From assembly GCA_040768745.1 (NCBI GenBank), contig JAXGMI010000001.1, positions 756,805-820,804 of the forward strand: a DNA stretch of 64,000 nt. Direction: 5' to 3'. The DNA is from Desulfomicrobium sp. GTDB taxonomy: Bacteria > Desulfobacterota > Desulfovibrionia > Desulfovibrionales > Desulfomicrobiaceae. The notes under the pieces were generated by a model. The model did no database searches. It worked only from the letters and a program-made list of their open reading frames with translations, and had not been told where the DNA came from. The translations under genes and the position numbers were made by a program. Positions 9,592 to 17,515 of the stretch are shown here, piece after piece. The first letter of the stretch is position 1. Each line of letters starts with the position of its first letter.

Positions 9592-10446
9592 TCAGTCCAG
9601 TTCCCTGCCTACCCAGACGGCCTTGCCGATGATGCGGATCCCGTTGGTCAGATCTCCGCGTGCGTCGATTTCTAGCGGGGCGTAGGCTTGGTTGGCGCTG
9701 GTGAGGATGAGCTTGCCGGGTTCGGCGTCTACCTTCTTCAGGTAGACCAGGTCTTCTACAGCGATGGCGTAGATGCGGCCTGGGCGCGGGGTGACGTTGG
9801 AGGTGTCGACGAGGACGATGTCGTTGTCTTTGATCTCCGGCTCCATGCTGTCGCCGGCGACTCGCATGAGGACCATGGCCGAGGCGTTGCCCTTGCGGCG
9901 CAAGAAATCTGTTCTGAAGGCATAGCGCCTGTCCGAGTCGGCACTGGTCTCCCATGATCCGCCACCAGCCGACAGCCGCGCCTCGACCATTGGCACCATG
10001 GTGATCTCGCAGTCGTGGCAGACGAGGGTTTCCCTTCCATTATATATGGACGGGATGTTGAGTTTTGACTCTGCATAGCAGGCCTTCTCTCTGGCGGCCT
10101 CCATGTCATCATTCGGCAATGCCCCTCTTTTGATAAAAGCAGCCCCTTCCCGCTTCATCTCCCCTTCACCGGTCAAGAGCCAATCAGCGGAAACGCCTTT
10201 TGATAACGCCACCTCTGTTATCCACGCGGGTGGGATGGTCTGTTTTTGCTTCGCGCTTGAAACAGCCCCCTGCCTGAAGCCCATACTCCGGGCGAAATCC
10301 GTGTCGGTCTCAACGTCAAATACCTGCTTCAAGCGCCCAAGGATCTCGTCAAATTTGTTTGGAAGTTTGAGGCCGGAACTTCCAAAAGGATCTTCCAAAC
10401 AGGAAGCCTTTTGGAAGTTGGGGGAATTGTTTTTATCATCAGACAT
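9592..10446 (-). CDS. CI-like prophage repressor (HTH + S24 peptidase)
   Basis: N-terminal phage CI HTH (..GVSADWLLTGEG), C-terminal VAGDSMEP and LKKV catalytic motifs; divergent from early operon. Confidence 0.9.
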   Translation of the reverse strand: MSDDKNNSPNFQKASCLEDPFGSSGLKLPNKFDEILGRLKQVFDVETDTDFARSMGFRQGAVSSAKQKQTIPPAWITEVALSKGVSADWLLTGEGEMKREGAAFIKRGALPNDDMEAAREKACYAESKLNIPSIYNGRETLVCHDCEITMVPMVEARLSAGGGSWETSADSDRRYAFRTDFLRRKGNASAMVLMRVAGDSMEPEIKDNDIVLVDTSNVTPRPGRIYAIAVEDLVYLKKVDAEPGKLILTSANQAYAPLEIDARGDLTNGIRIIGKAVWVGRELD

Positions 10447-10508
10447 TTAACGGCTCTTTTGTTTCCATGCTCGCCAAATCAAACTTCCAAACAAAAAAAA
10501 TGTTGACA
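10354..10508. promoter_or_regulatory. Immunity region: repeated AACTTCCAAA-type operator-like sites and TTGACA -35 box
   Basis: Five copies of (A/T)CTTCCAAA in both orientations; 17-bp perfect inverted pair 10354-10370 / 10479-10495; TTGACA at 10503-10508. Confidence 0.55.
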
Positions 10509-10599
10509 ATTTAAAAGTAACGCATTTAAACGGATCTCGTGATGGGCAACAAATATGCTCAAACAAGTTGATTAATAAACCAACGAAATTGGACCCGCA

Positions 10600-11049
10600 A
10601 TGACAAAACGACGCACGACCTCGGACACCGCCCCCCGTCAGCTCCTTCTCCCGCTCCATTCCGGCGGCACAAACGGCATTCGTGCCGGACGGTTGTGCCG
10701 GAAAGAAGCCGTGCGCGAGGCGCTGACAGAGGCCCTGGCCGCCTGCCAACTCTCCCGCGAGGAGGTGGCCCAGGAGATGACCAGGCTGACCGGCGAGGCC
10801 GTGTCCGTGAACCACATCAACAACTGGTGCTCCGAGGCAAAACGCGAGTGGCGGTTCCCGCTGGAACTGGCCACGGCGTTCTGCATGATCACGGGCGATT
10901 ACGGCCTGATTTCGGCCATCCTGGATGGCACGGGCCACGGCCTGGCCGACGAGGAAACCAGGGTGCTGGCCGAGTACGGCCAGATCCTGGTGGAGGAACG
11001 CAAGCGCGCCAGCAAGAAGCGTGAGCTGCTGGAGAGACTGGGGGCATGA
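10600..11049 (+). CDS. Phage regulatory protein, CII-like
   Basis: First early gene; SREEVAQEMT..SVNHINNWCSEAK..RFPLE..AFC pattern. Confidence 0.6.
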   Translation: MTKRRTTSDTAPRQLLLPLHSGGTNGIRAGRLCRKEAVREALTEALAACQLSREEVAQEMTRLTGEAVSVNHINNWCSEAKREWRFPLELATAFCMITGDYGLISAILDGTGHGLADEETRVLAEYGQILVEERKRASKKRELLERLGA

Positions 11050-11264
11050 TGAACGAAAAGAACGTACGCAAGGTCAAGGCATGGCTGGTCCTGCAGGGGA
11101 TCACGCAGGCGAAGATAGCGGAAGAGCTGGGCGTGGCCAGGGCGACGATCCACAACTGGATCGCCGGCCGGGTGCAGTCCCAGAGAATCTACAACTATTT
11201 CATCGAACATGGCTGCCCGCGCGAGTTTTTCGCGGGGCGGCCGGAAGCAAGGAGGGCGGCGTAA
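11046..11264 (+). CDS. Ner/Cro-like HTH protein
   Basis: GITQAKIAEELGVARATIHNWIAG HTH; position equivalent to Mu ner. Confidence 0.8.
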   Translation: MMNEKNVRKVKAWLVLQGITQAKIAEELGVARATIHNWIAGRVQSQRIYNYFIEHGCPREFFAGRPEARRAA

Positions 11265-11273
11265 TGAGCGAGA

Positions 11274-11522
11274 TCAGCTATGTGTCTCAAACACGGATTG
11301 AGGCCGTAAAAAGACGGCGTATTCAACTAACAGAGCGGCAAGCTCCGGGTAGCAATGCTCCCTCCTCGCCTGACCGGCAGCGCTGCGCAGATGCTGTGCA
11401 AACGCAGCCGTCACATGAACACCCTTGTCTTCCAACGCTCGGACAAGCGCAGTCATGATCATTTCCTGGGCAAGAATTCTTTCTTCGAGCTCTACAAGAC
11501 GCATTTCCAGGTCTTCCGACAT
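11274..11522 (-). CDS. Small antisense hypothetical protein (82 aa)
   Basis: AGGAG RBS before ATG 11522; helical/coiled-coil N-terminus MSEDLEMRLVELEERI. Confidence 0.45.
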   Translation of the reverse strand: MSEDLEMRLVELEERILAQEMIMTALVRALEDKGVHVTAAFAQHLRSAAGQARREHCYPELAALLVEYAVFLRPQSVFETHS

Positions 11523-11695
11523 GTTCTTTCTCCTGGTCGCAGGGTTTGTTGTGGTGACGGCTCCATACCAGGGTTTGGCAGAGGCAACAACGCTCATTCC
11601 TTCAACACCTGCCCGGTCTGTGGACCGGGTGGGCATTCAAGGACTGACACGGACAGGATGGACAGCATGAACAGAATGGACAGGACGGACCGGGC

Positions 11696-12060
11696 ATGAG
11701 TTACACGACCGCGCAACTTGCTGAGGCTTTGGGTATTAAACCCCAGTCTGTGGACTATCGGGTCAAGAAGGAAGGCTGGCAGTTTCAGAGGCGTAAGGGC
11801 AAGGGCGGCGGCCGCCTGTTCACCCTGCCCAATCTGCCACAGGACGTGCGCGACGCCGTGCTGGCGTGGGAGCTGAAGGCTTCTTCTCCGGCCTTGGCCG
11901 AAACGCCCCTGCCGCCGGCGGTGAAGACACCCGTGGACACGTCGCTGCTGACCACGAAGCAGCGGGGTGTGATGTGCGCCAGGCTGGCTTTTGTGCGGGA
12001 GATTGATCGTTTGGCAGCGACTGGCCTGGCCAAGACCGTGATCATGGACAACCTGGTGGA
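11696..12060 (+). pseudogene. Mu-type transposase A, N-terminal DNA-binding remnant only
   Basis: YTTAQLAEALGIKPQSV..KKEGW..RKGKGGG resembles the MuA N-terminal HTH; ends after ~122 codons with no DDE domain. Confidence 0.75.
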
Positions 12061-12360
12061 GGCGTGGACTCCGCCGGCACGCTGTCCATGCAGCGCCTCA
12101 AGGAGCTGGTGGCGCATTTCGAGAAATTGGGGTGGGTGCCGAAGAGAAAGCCATCTCCCAAGGACGACATCAAGAGGCTGTGCAAGCGGATCTGGGCCCA
12201 GTGCTACAGCCTGGGGAGACCCGTGCCTGCCTATGCTGACGCCATCGCCAAGCAGATGTTCGGCATCGAGAAGCTGGTCTGGTGCAAAGCAGAGCAGCTG
12301 AGGGCCATCACCACCGCCTTGGCCAAGCAGCAGGCCAAGGAAGGAGCTGAAACGGAATGA
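12061..12360 (+). pseudogene. gemA: GemA (Mu gp16) family, C-terminal remnant
   Basis: GVDSAGTLS..LKELVAHFEKLGW..IWAQ..LVWCKAEQLRAITTALAK resembles GemA C-terminal two thirds; N-terminus and RBS missing; sits directly before mor. Confidence 0.65.
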
Positions 12361-12731
12361 GCGAACGCTGGATCTCGTTTCCCGAGCTGGAGGACGTGAT
12401 CGGGAAGGCCGAGGCGGAAGCCCTGTGCAAGACTTTTGGCGGCCTTTCCAAATATCTGCCGCGAAAGCCTGATGCCGACCATCCGTTCGCGCCCATCATC
12501 GGGATGCAGGCGCTTGCGGATCTGGCTGCCTACACCGGCGGGTGGCATTTGGCGCTGCCGAACCTGCGCCGCCCGGAGGCAGAGAAGAACCGGATACTGG
12601 GGATGCTCGACGACGGGCGGCCCCATCAGGAGATCGCCGAGGAATGCAAGGTCAGCGAACGCTGGGTGCGGCACTTGGCGGCGCGGCGGCGCGAAGCGCA
12701 GGGGCAGCGGAAGCTGCCAATCGGGGTATAA
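12357..12731 (+). CDS. Mor/C-family late transcription activator
   Basis: EDVIGKAEAEALCKTFGG..YLP N-terminus and C-terminal HTH HQEIAEECKVSERWVR; precedes lysis cassette. Confidence 0.75.
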   Translation: MSERWISFPELEDVIGKAEAEALCKTFGGLSKYLPRKPDADHPFAPIIGMQALADLAAYTGGWHLALPNLRRPEAEKNRILGMLDDGRPHQEIAEECKVSERWVRHLAARRREAQGQRKLPIGV

Positions 12732-12762
12732 TACACCAAAAATCACTGGATACCGCCAGGAA
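12731..12762 (+). promoter_or_regulatory. Putative activator-dependent late promoter motif (lysis operon)
   Basis: ATACAC-N17-CGCCAGGAA, identically spaced copy at 21294-21325. Confidence 0.45.
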
Positions 12763-12846
12763 GCTCATCCGCCTTAACCTCCACACCAGGCCGGGATAGA
12801 TGAAAGTCTACCCGGCATTTTCATTTCAACCTGGTGGAGGCCCGAC

Positions 12847-13167
12847 GTGAAGCCCAACAGAATATCCGAGGTCATGCACATCCGAATGATGTGGTGTGCC
12901 CTCTACGCGGCAGTCCTGTTGCTGGTCGTGGCCTGGGCCGCGCCGCAGCAGCTGCCGGTCATCGTTTACAAGATCAACCTGATCCTGCTGGCATCCGTGG
13001 CCGGATACTGGCTGGACCGTTGGGCGTTCCCATACGCCCGGCCTGACCGGTTTTTAACGCCTGACGGTGAAGTGAAGGTGAACCACAAGCGGGTCTTCGG
13101 CGCGGCCCTGCTTCGCCGGGCCATCATCATGGCCGGCGCCATGCTGGCTGTGGGGATGGGCTTGTGA
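12847..13167 (+). CDS. Putative holin
   Basis: 3 hydrophobic segments, PQQLPV..YK..GYWLDR..FPYARP..RRAII pattern of Mu-like holins; precedes endolysin. Confidence 0.8.
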   Translation: MKPNRISEVMHIRMMWCALYAAVLLLVVAWAAPQQLPVIVYKINLILLASVAGYWLDRWAFPYARPDRFLTPDGEVKVNHKRVFGAALLRRAIIMAGAMLAVGMGL

Positions 13168-13805
13168 GGCCGAACTGGGGCCTGATCGTTGCGCTGTTGT
13201 TCTGCGCTGTGTTCTGGCTGCTGGTCTGGTGCACCTGGTCCCATGCGGCGCAGGTCATCCCAAGGCCAGCCCAGCAGCATCGCCCCCTGCTCATCAGGGA
13301 GGCCCGTGCAGCCTGGGGCATGGATGCGCCGATCGCCACATTCGCGGCCCAGATCCACCAGGAATCGGGGTGGAACGAGCGCGCGGTGTCTCCTGTAGGA
13401 GCCCAGGGCCTGGCCCAGTTCATGCCCTCGACGGCCAGGTGGTTGCCCCGGGTCGCCCCGGAAACAGGCGAGCCTCTACCCTTTTCCCCGTCGTGGGCCA
13501 TCAGGGCCATGGTTACCTATGACCGCTGGCTGTGGCGAAGGATTTCAGCGGCGACTGACTGTGATCGCATGGCCATGACCCTGTCTGCCTATAATGGCGG
13601 GCTGGGGTGGATCAATAAGGACAAGTCCCTGGCCGCAGGAATAGGGCTTGACCCGCAGATCTGGACGCATGTGGCCATGGTCAACTCGGGGCGAAGCGCT
13701 GTAAATTTCCGCGAGAACCGCGGGTACCCGACACGTATCCTCGGAACCCTGACAGATCTGTACAGGGCGGCGGGTTGGGGCAAAGGGGCCTGCGATGCTC
13801 GGTAG
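13164..13805 (+). CDS. Endolysin, SLT lytic transglycosylase with N-terminal anchor
   Basis: QIHQESGW, GAQGLAQFMP, LSAYNGG, ENRGY motifs. Confidence 0.9.
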   Translation: MRPNWGLIVALLFCAVFWLLVWCTWSHAAQVIPRPAQQHRPLLIREARAAWGMDAPIATFAAQIHQESGWNERAVSPVGAQGLAQFMPSTARWLPRVAPETGEPLPFSPSWAIRAMVTYDRWLWRRISAATDCDRMAMTLSAYNGGLGWINKDKSLAAGIGLDPQIWTHVAMVNSGRSAVNFRENRGYPTRILGTLTDLYRAAGWGKGACDAR

Positions 13806-14235
13806 CGCCCTGCAATTTTTCATCGGTCAGCGAAGCTGGATTCCGCTGGCTGTCATGACAACTATGCTGCTGGCAGCCTGTGCTTGGATGTGCGTTCAGG
13901 GCCTGCGCCTCGATGCCGTCCGGGCCGATGCCGCCCTGCAGATCCAGGCTGAACAGGCGGCCCACAACGCCACGCGTGGCCAGCTCGTGGCCGCGGGACA
14001 TGAGATCGTGCGATTGCGGTCCCTGCTGGAGCTGGCGCGCAACGCGACGGCCACCGTGCAGGACAGCCTGCGCGACGCCCTGGCGCGAGAGTCCGAGGCC
14101 GTCAGCGCGGCGGCGGCCCGCAAGTTGATCCTAGATCAGATGCGGACACGCGTCCGGACCGAAGCCGAAAGAATGGAGGTGGTCGACGATGCGACGCGCG
14201 ATGCTGTTGCTGCTCGCCTTAACCTGCCTCTGTAG
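13795..14235 (+). CDS. Putative i-spanin (Rz-like)
   Basis: N-terminal TM then Ala/Leu-rich coiled coil, after endolysin. Confidence 0.6.
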   Translation: MLGSALQFFIGQRSWIPLAVMTTMLLAACAWMCVQGLRLDAVRADAALQIQAEQAAHNATRGQLVAAGHEIVRLRSLLELARNATATVQDSLRDALARESEAVSAAAARKLILDQMRTRVRTEAERMEVVDDATRDAVAARLNLPL

Positions 14236-14446
14236 CTGCGGGCCAAGACAAGCCCCGGTGATCGTCACCGCGCCCCTGGTCGGTTGCCCGGCGCCGCCCC
14301 GCCCGGAGCTGCCGACATTGGACCCGGCGCGCCCCCTCGACAGCCCAGCCAACATCGAAACGATCATGTTCCGGGACGACATCATGCGCGGCTACATCCG
14401 CGGGCTGGAGAGTTGTGTGGATTGCTACCGAAGGCAGGTGCGCTGA
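14189..14446 (+). CDS. Putative o-spanin lipoprotein (Rz1-like)
   Basis: Signal peptide ending LCSC, Pro-rich body, overlaps i-spanin 3' end. Confidence 0.65.
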   Translation: MRRAMLLLLALTCLCSCGPRQAPVIVTAPLVGCPAPPRPELPTLDPARPLDSPANIETIMFRDDIMRGYIRGLESCVDCYRRQVR

Positions 14447-14670
14447 TGTCGTATCACGAACGAGGCCGGCACAACCCTTTTGACGCGTATATGGCGGGCT
14501 TTTGCGTCTGGATGTCACCCCGGCAGATCCTGATCAACGAGGCCGCGCTGAAGCAGTACACGCCGAAGCCTGGCGTGGAGGCTGACGCGCACGAGGACCT
14601 TTTGAGCCAGTTCGTCCATGAGGCCGAGATCAAACGGAAAAAGTATGGCGAACAAGAGCAGAGGGGCTGA
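14446..14670 (+). CDS. Hypothetical protein (74 aa)
   Basis: Start/stop overlap with both neighbours (TGATG). Confidence 0.55.
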   Translation: MSYHERGRHNPFDAYMAGFCVWMSPRQILINEAALKQYTPKPGVEADAHEDLLSQFVHEAEIKRKKYGEQEQRG

Positions 14671-14912
14671 TGGACGAGATTGACGACTCCCAGAAGGCCG
14701 AACGCCTGTACCGGGAAGAGGCCCTGGGAAACTGGAAGCAGGTCGGCCGGCCGGGATGGGCGAGCCTGACGCACTGCATCGACTGCGGGGAGGAGATCCC
14801 CGAGAAACGGCAGCTGGCCATCGAGGGATGCCTACGATGCCGGGAATGTCAGTCGGACTACGACAAGGAGAGCGGCCAGGGATGGACATTTTCTGGAAAT
14901 GGATGCCCTTGA
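14670..14912 (+). CDS. TraR/DksA C4 zinc-finger protein
   Basis: MDEIDDSQ..E, CIDCGEEIPEKR..CLRCRECQ. Confidence 0.85.
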   Translation: MDEIDDSQKAERLYREEALGNWKQVGRPGWASLTHCIDCGEEIPEKRQLAIEGCLRCRECQSDYDKESGQGWTFSGNGCP

Positions 14913-15214
14913 TTATCACGGGGGTGCAGCTGACGCTGGCATGGGTGATCTGGAGCGCTCGAAAGGAGTTCATCCGCAGGGATGAATGCACCACATGCGC
15001 GGGCACGCTTTCGCAGCGGGTCAGCTCGGTGGAATCCGGGCTGGACAGCCTCCCCGCATCGAAAAGCTGGCGCAAGATGCAGGTGGCCATCGATGAGGTC
15101 CGTGCATCGAACGGGGTCGTGCTGGCCAAGCTGGAGGGGCAATCCGAGCTGCTCAAGCGCATCGAGCACCCGATGAACCTGTTGATGGAGCACCATCTGA
15201 GGGGGGACAAGTGA
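14882..15214 (+). CDS. Mu gp25-like (DUF2730) protein
   Basis: N-terminal TM, coiled coil, LDSLP motif, position before gp26. Confidence 0.6.
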   Translation: MDIFWKWMPLIITGVQLTLAWVIWSARKEFIRRDECTTCAGTLSQRVSSVESGLDSLPASKSWRKMQVAIDEVRASNGVVLAKLEGQSELLKRIEHPMNLLMEHHLRGDK

Positions 15215-15507
15215 GCTTCAAGAATCTGTTGACCGAGGACCGCCGCCTGGTCCTGCTGCGGTTTTTGACTGAAGCGCCGGCCATGGCGCTGAACACGTCC
15301 GTGCTGCATACGGCTCTGGACGCCTACGGGCACGCCGTGAGCCGCGACCAGGTGGAGACGGACGCGGCCTGGCTGGCCGAGCAGGGCTTGATCACCCTGG
15401 AGGAAGTCGGGCCGGTGCGCGTGGCGGCCCTGACCGGCCGCGGATCCGACGTGGCCCAGGGCCGGGCCGTGGTGCCGGGCGTGAAACGCCCCGGGCCGAG
15501 GAGCTGA
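15211..15507 (+). CDS. Mu gp26-like protein
   Basis: EDRRLVLLRFL..N.SVL..SRDQV..WLAEQGL..LTGRG.DVAQG..PGVKRPGP. Confidence 0.8.
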   Translation: MSFKNLLTEDRRLVLLRFLTEAPAMALNTSVLHTALDAYGHAVSRDQVETDAAWLAEQGLITLEEVGPVRVAALTGRGSDVAQGRAVVPGVKRPGPRS

Positions 15508-15509
15508 TC

Positions 15510-16079
15510 ATGGTCGCCATCTCCACCGTGAAGCGATTGCCGCGCGAGATCCGCGAGGAGATCCACAGGCTGCTCGATGCTGGCCAGACGCTGGACGCCA
15601 TTGTCGGGCACCTGCGGGGCATGGGCGTTAGCGAGGTGAGCCGCAGCGCCCTGGGGCGTTACAAGAAGAATTTCGACGCCGTGGTCGAGCGCGTGCGCAG
15701 GTCCAGGGAGATCGCGGACGTGCTGGTCCGCCAGTTCGGCAGCGAGGATGAGAGCAAGTCCATGCGGGCCAACATCGAGATGATGCACGGCATCGTCTCG
15801 GACATGCTCATGCAGATCGGCGACGGTGAGGATGAAGACGGCGAGAGCCGGCCCGTGCTGCTGGAGCCCAAGGCCGCCCACGATCTGGCCAAGGCCCTGG
15901 ACCATCTGGCCCGTGCCAAGCGGCACGATCAGGACGCTATCCTCAAGGCCAGGGAAGAGGCCGCCCATGCGACGACCAAGAAGGCAGCGCAGGCCGTCAG
16001 CTCCGCCGCCAAGAAGTCCGGTGTGTCCGGGGAGGCCATCGACGCCATGGTCCAGGCCGTGCTCGGGGGCGCGGTATGA
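15510..16079 (+). CDS. Mu gp27-like (DUF3486) terminase small subunit
   Basis: STVKRLP..VSRSALGRY pattern; precedes large terminase. Confidence 0.8.
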   Translation: MVAISTVKRLPREIREEIHRLLDAGQTLDAIVGHLRGMGVSEVSRSALGRYKKNFDAVVERVRRSREIADVLVRQFGSEDESKSMRANIEMMHGIVSDMLMQIGDGEDEDGESRPVLLEPKAAHDLAKALDHLARAKRHDQDAILKAREEAAHATTKKAAQAVSSAAKKSGVSGEAIDAMVQAVLGGAV

Positions 16080-17515
16080 CGCAGCCTGCCGGGTTCCTCC
16101 CCTACCAGTGGGAGCTGCGCGAGGCCGTCCGCCAGGAGAAGGTTGTCGTGGTCGAGAAGAGCCGGCGCACCGGCTACTCCTGGGCGGCCGCTGAGGTCGC
16201 CGTGGAGCATGCCGCCAAGTCCAAGCAGGACGGCGGCATGGACGTTTTCTACATGGGCTACAACCTGGAGATGGCCCGGGAGTTCATCGAATACTGCGGC
16301 GACTGGGGCAAGCTGTTCCAGCTCGGCGCCTCGGACATCGGGGAAACGGTCTTCAAGGATCCGGACAACCCCGAGCGGGACATCAAGGCCTTTCGCATGG
16401 AGACATCCGCCAACAAGATCGTGGCCCTGCCCTCGATGCCCCGGGCCCTGCGCGGCATGCAGGGCCTGGTCATCATCGACGAGGCGGCCTTCGCGCTCCT
16501 GATCTGGGGCGGCAAGGTGCTCGTGATCTCGACCCATGACGGCGACGAGAACCCCTTCAACACCCTGGTGCAGGACGTGCGCGCCGGCCGTAAGCCTTAC
16601 CGCCTGCTGCGCTGCGACTTCGACCGGGCGCTGGATGACGGCCTGTACAAGCGCATCTGTCACAAGCAGGGCAAGCCGTGGTCCATGGAGGCGGGGGCCA
16701 AGTGGCGCGGCGAGATCATCGCCTTCTACGGTGAGGGCGCGGACGAGGAACTGTTCTGCATCCCGAGCCGCGGGACCGGCGCGTACCTGCCCCTGGCGCT
16801 GCTGGAGAGCAGGGCCGAGCAGATCCCGATCATAGGCTGGGAGCAGCCGGCAGGGTTTGCGGAAGTGGCCGAGCATCTGCGCGCGGCCGAATGCCGGGAC
16901 TGGTGCGAGGCGACCCTTGCCCCGTTGCTCCTGGAGCTGAGCCAGGACAGGCAGCATTTCTTCGGTCAGGACTTCGCCCGCTCCGGAGACCTGTCCGTGA
17001 TCTGGCCCCTGGCCCTGCACAAGGACATGGTGCGCCGGCCGCCGTTCGTGGTGGAGATGCGCAACATCCCTTTCGAGCAGCAGAAGCAGGTGCTCTTCTA
17101 CGTGCTGGACCGCCTGCCCCGCTTCGCTTGCGGCAAGATGGACGCCACCGGCAACGGCGCATGGCTGGCCGAGGTGGCGGCCCAGCGCTACGGTTTTTCG
17201 CGCATCGAGCAGGTCAAGCTGTCGGAGGGCTGGTACCGCGAGAACATGCCGCGCTGGAAGGCCGGATTCGAAGACGGCACCCTGGTCATCCCGCGCGACT
17301 CGAACATCATTTCCGACCACCGTGCCGTGCGCCTCAAGCGTGGCGTGGCCATGGTCGAAGCCGGGAACACCGGCGACAAACGCGCCCGCCGCCACGGCGA
17401 CAGCGCCATCGCCCACGTGCTGGCCTACGCGGCCAGCTGCGACGCCGGGGCCATCACCGAATACGCCTACCATCCCGTGCGCCGGGACGACACCATGAGG
17501 GGGAGACTGCCATGA
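16076..17515 (+). CDS. Terminase large subunit (Mu gp28-like), apparent in-frame internal deletion
   Basis: LPYQ, EKSRRTGYSW, IIDEAAF, STHDG..NPFN, GQDFARSGDLSV, HGDSAIA motifs. Confidence 0.9.
   Translation: MTQPAGFLPYQWELREAVRQEKVVVVEKSRRTGYSWAAAEVAVEHAAKSKQDGGMDVFYMGYNLEMAREFIEYCGDWGKLFQLGASDIGETVFKDPDNPERDIKAFRMETSANKIVALPSMPRALRGMQGLVIIDEAAFALLIWGGKVLVISTHDGDENPFNTLVQDVRAGRKPYRLLRCDFDRALDDGLYKRICHKQGKPWSMEAGAKWRGEIIAFYGEGADEELFCIPSRGTGAYLPLALLESRAEQIPIIGWEQPAGFAEVAEHLRAAECRDWCEATLAPLLLELSQDRQHFFGQDFARSGDLSVIWPLALHKDMVRRPPFVVEMRNIPFEQQKQVLFYVLDRLPRFACGKMDATGNGAWLAEVAAQRYGFSRIEQVKLSEGWYRENMPRWKAGFEDGTLVIPRDSNIISDHRAVRLKRGVAMVEAGNTGDKRARRHGDSAIAHVLAYAASCDAGAITEYAYHPVRRDDTMRGRLP

Noticed and set aside
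11649-11693. CRISPR-like array
   Set aside because: 9-bp degenerate tandem units with no spacers and no cas genes
11696-12301. 201-aa ORF as one intact protein
   Set aside because: After ~122 codons it runs out of frame through gemA sequence; it is a deletion junction product
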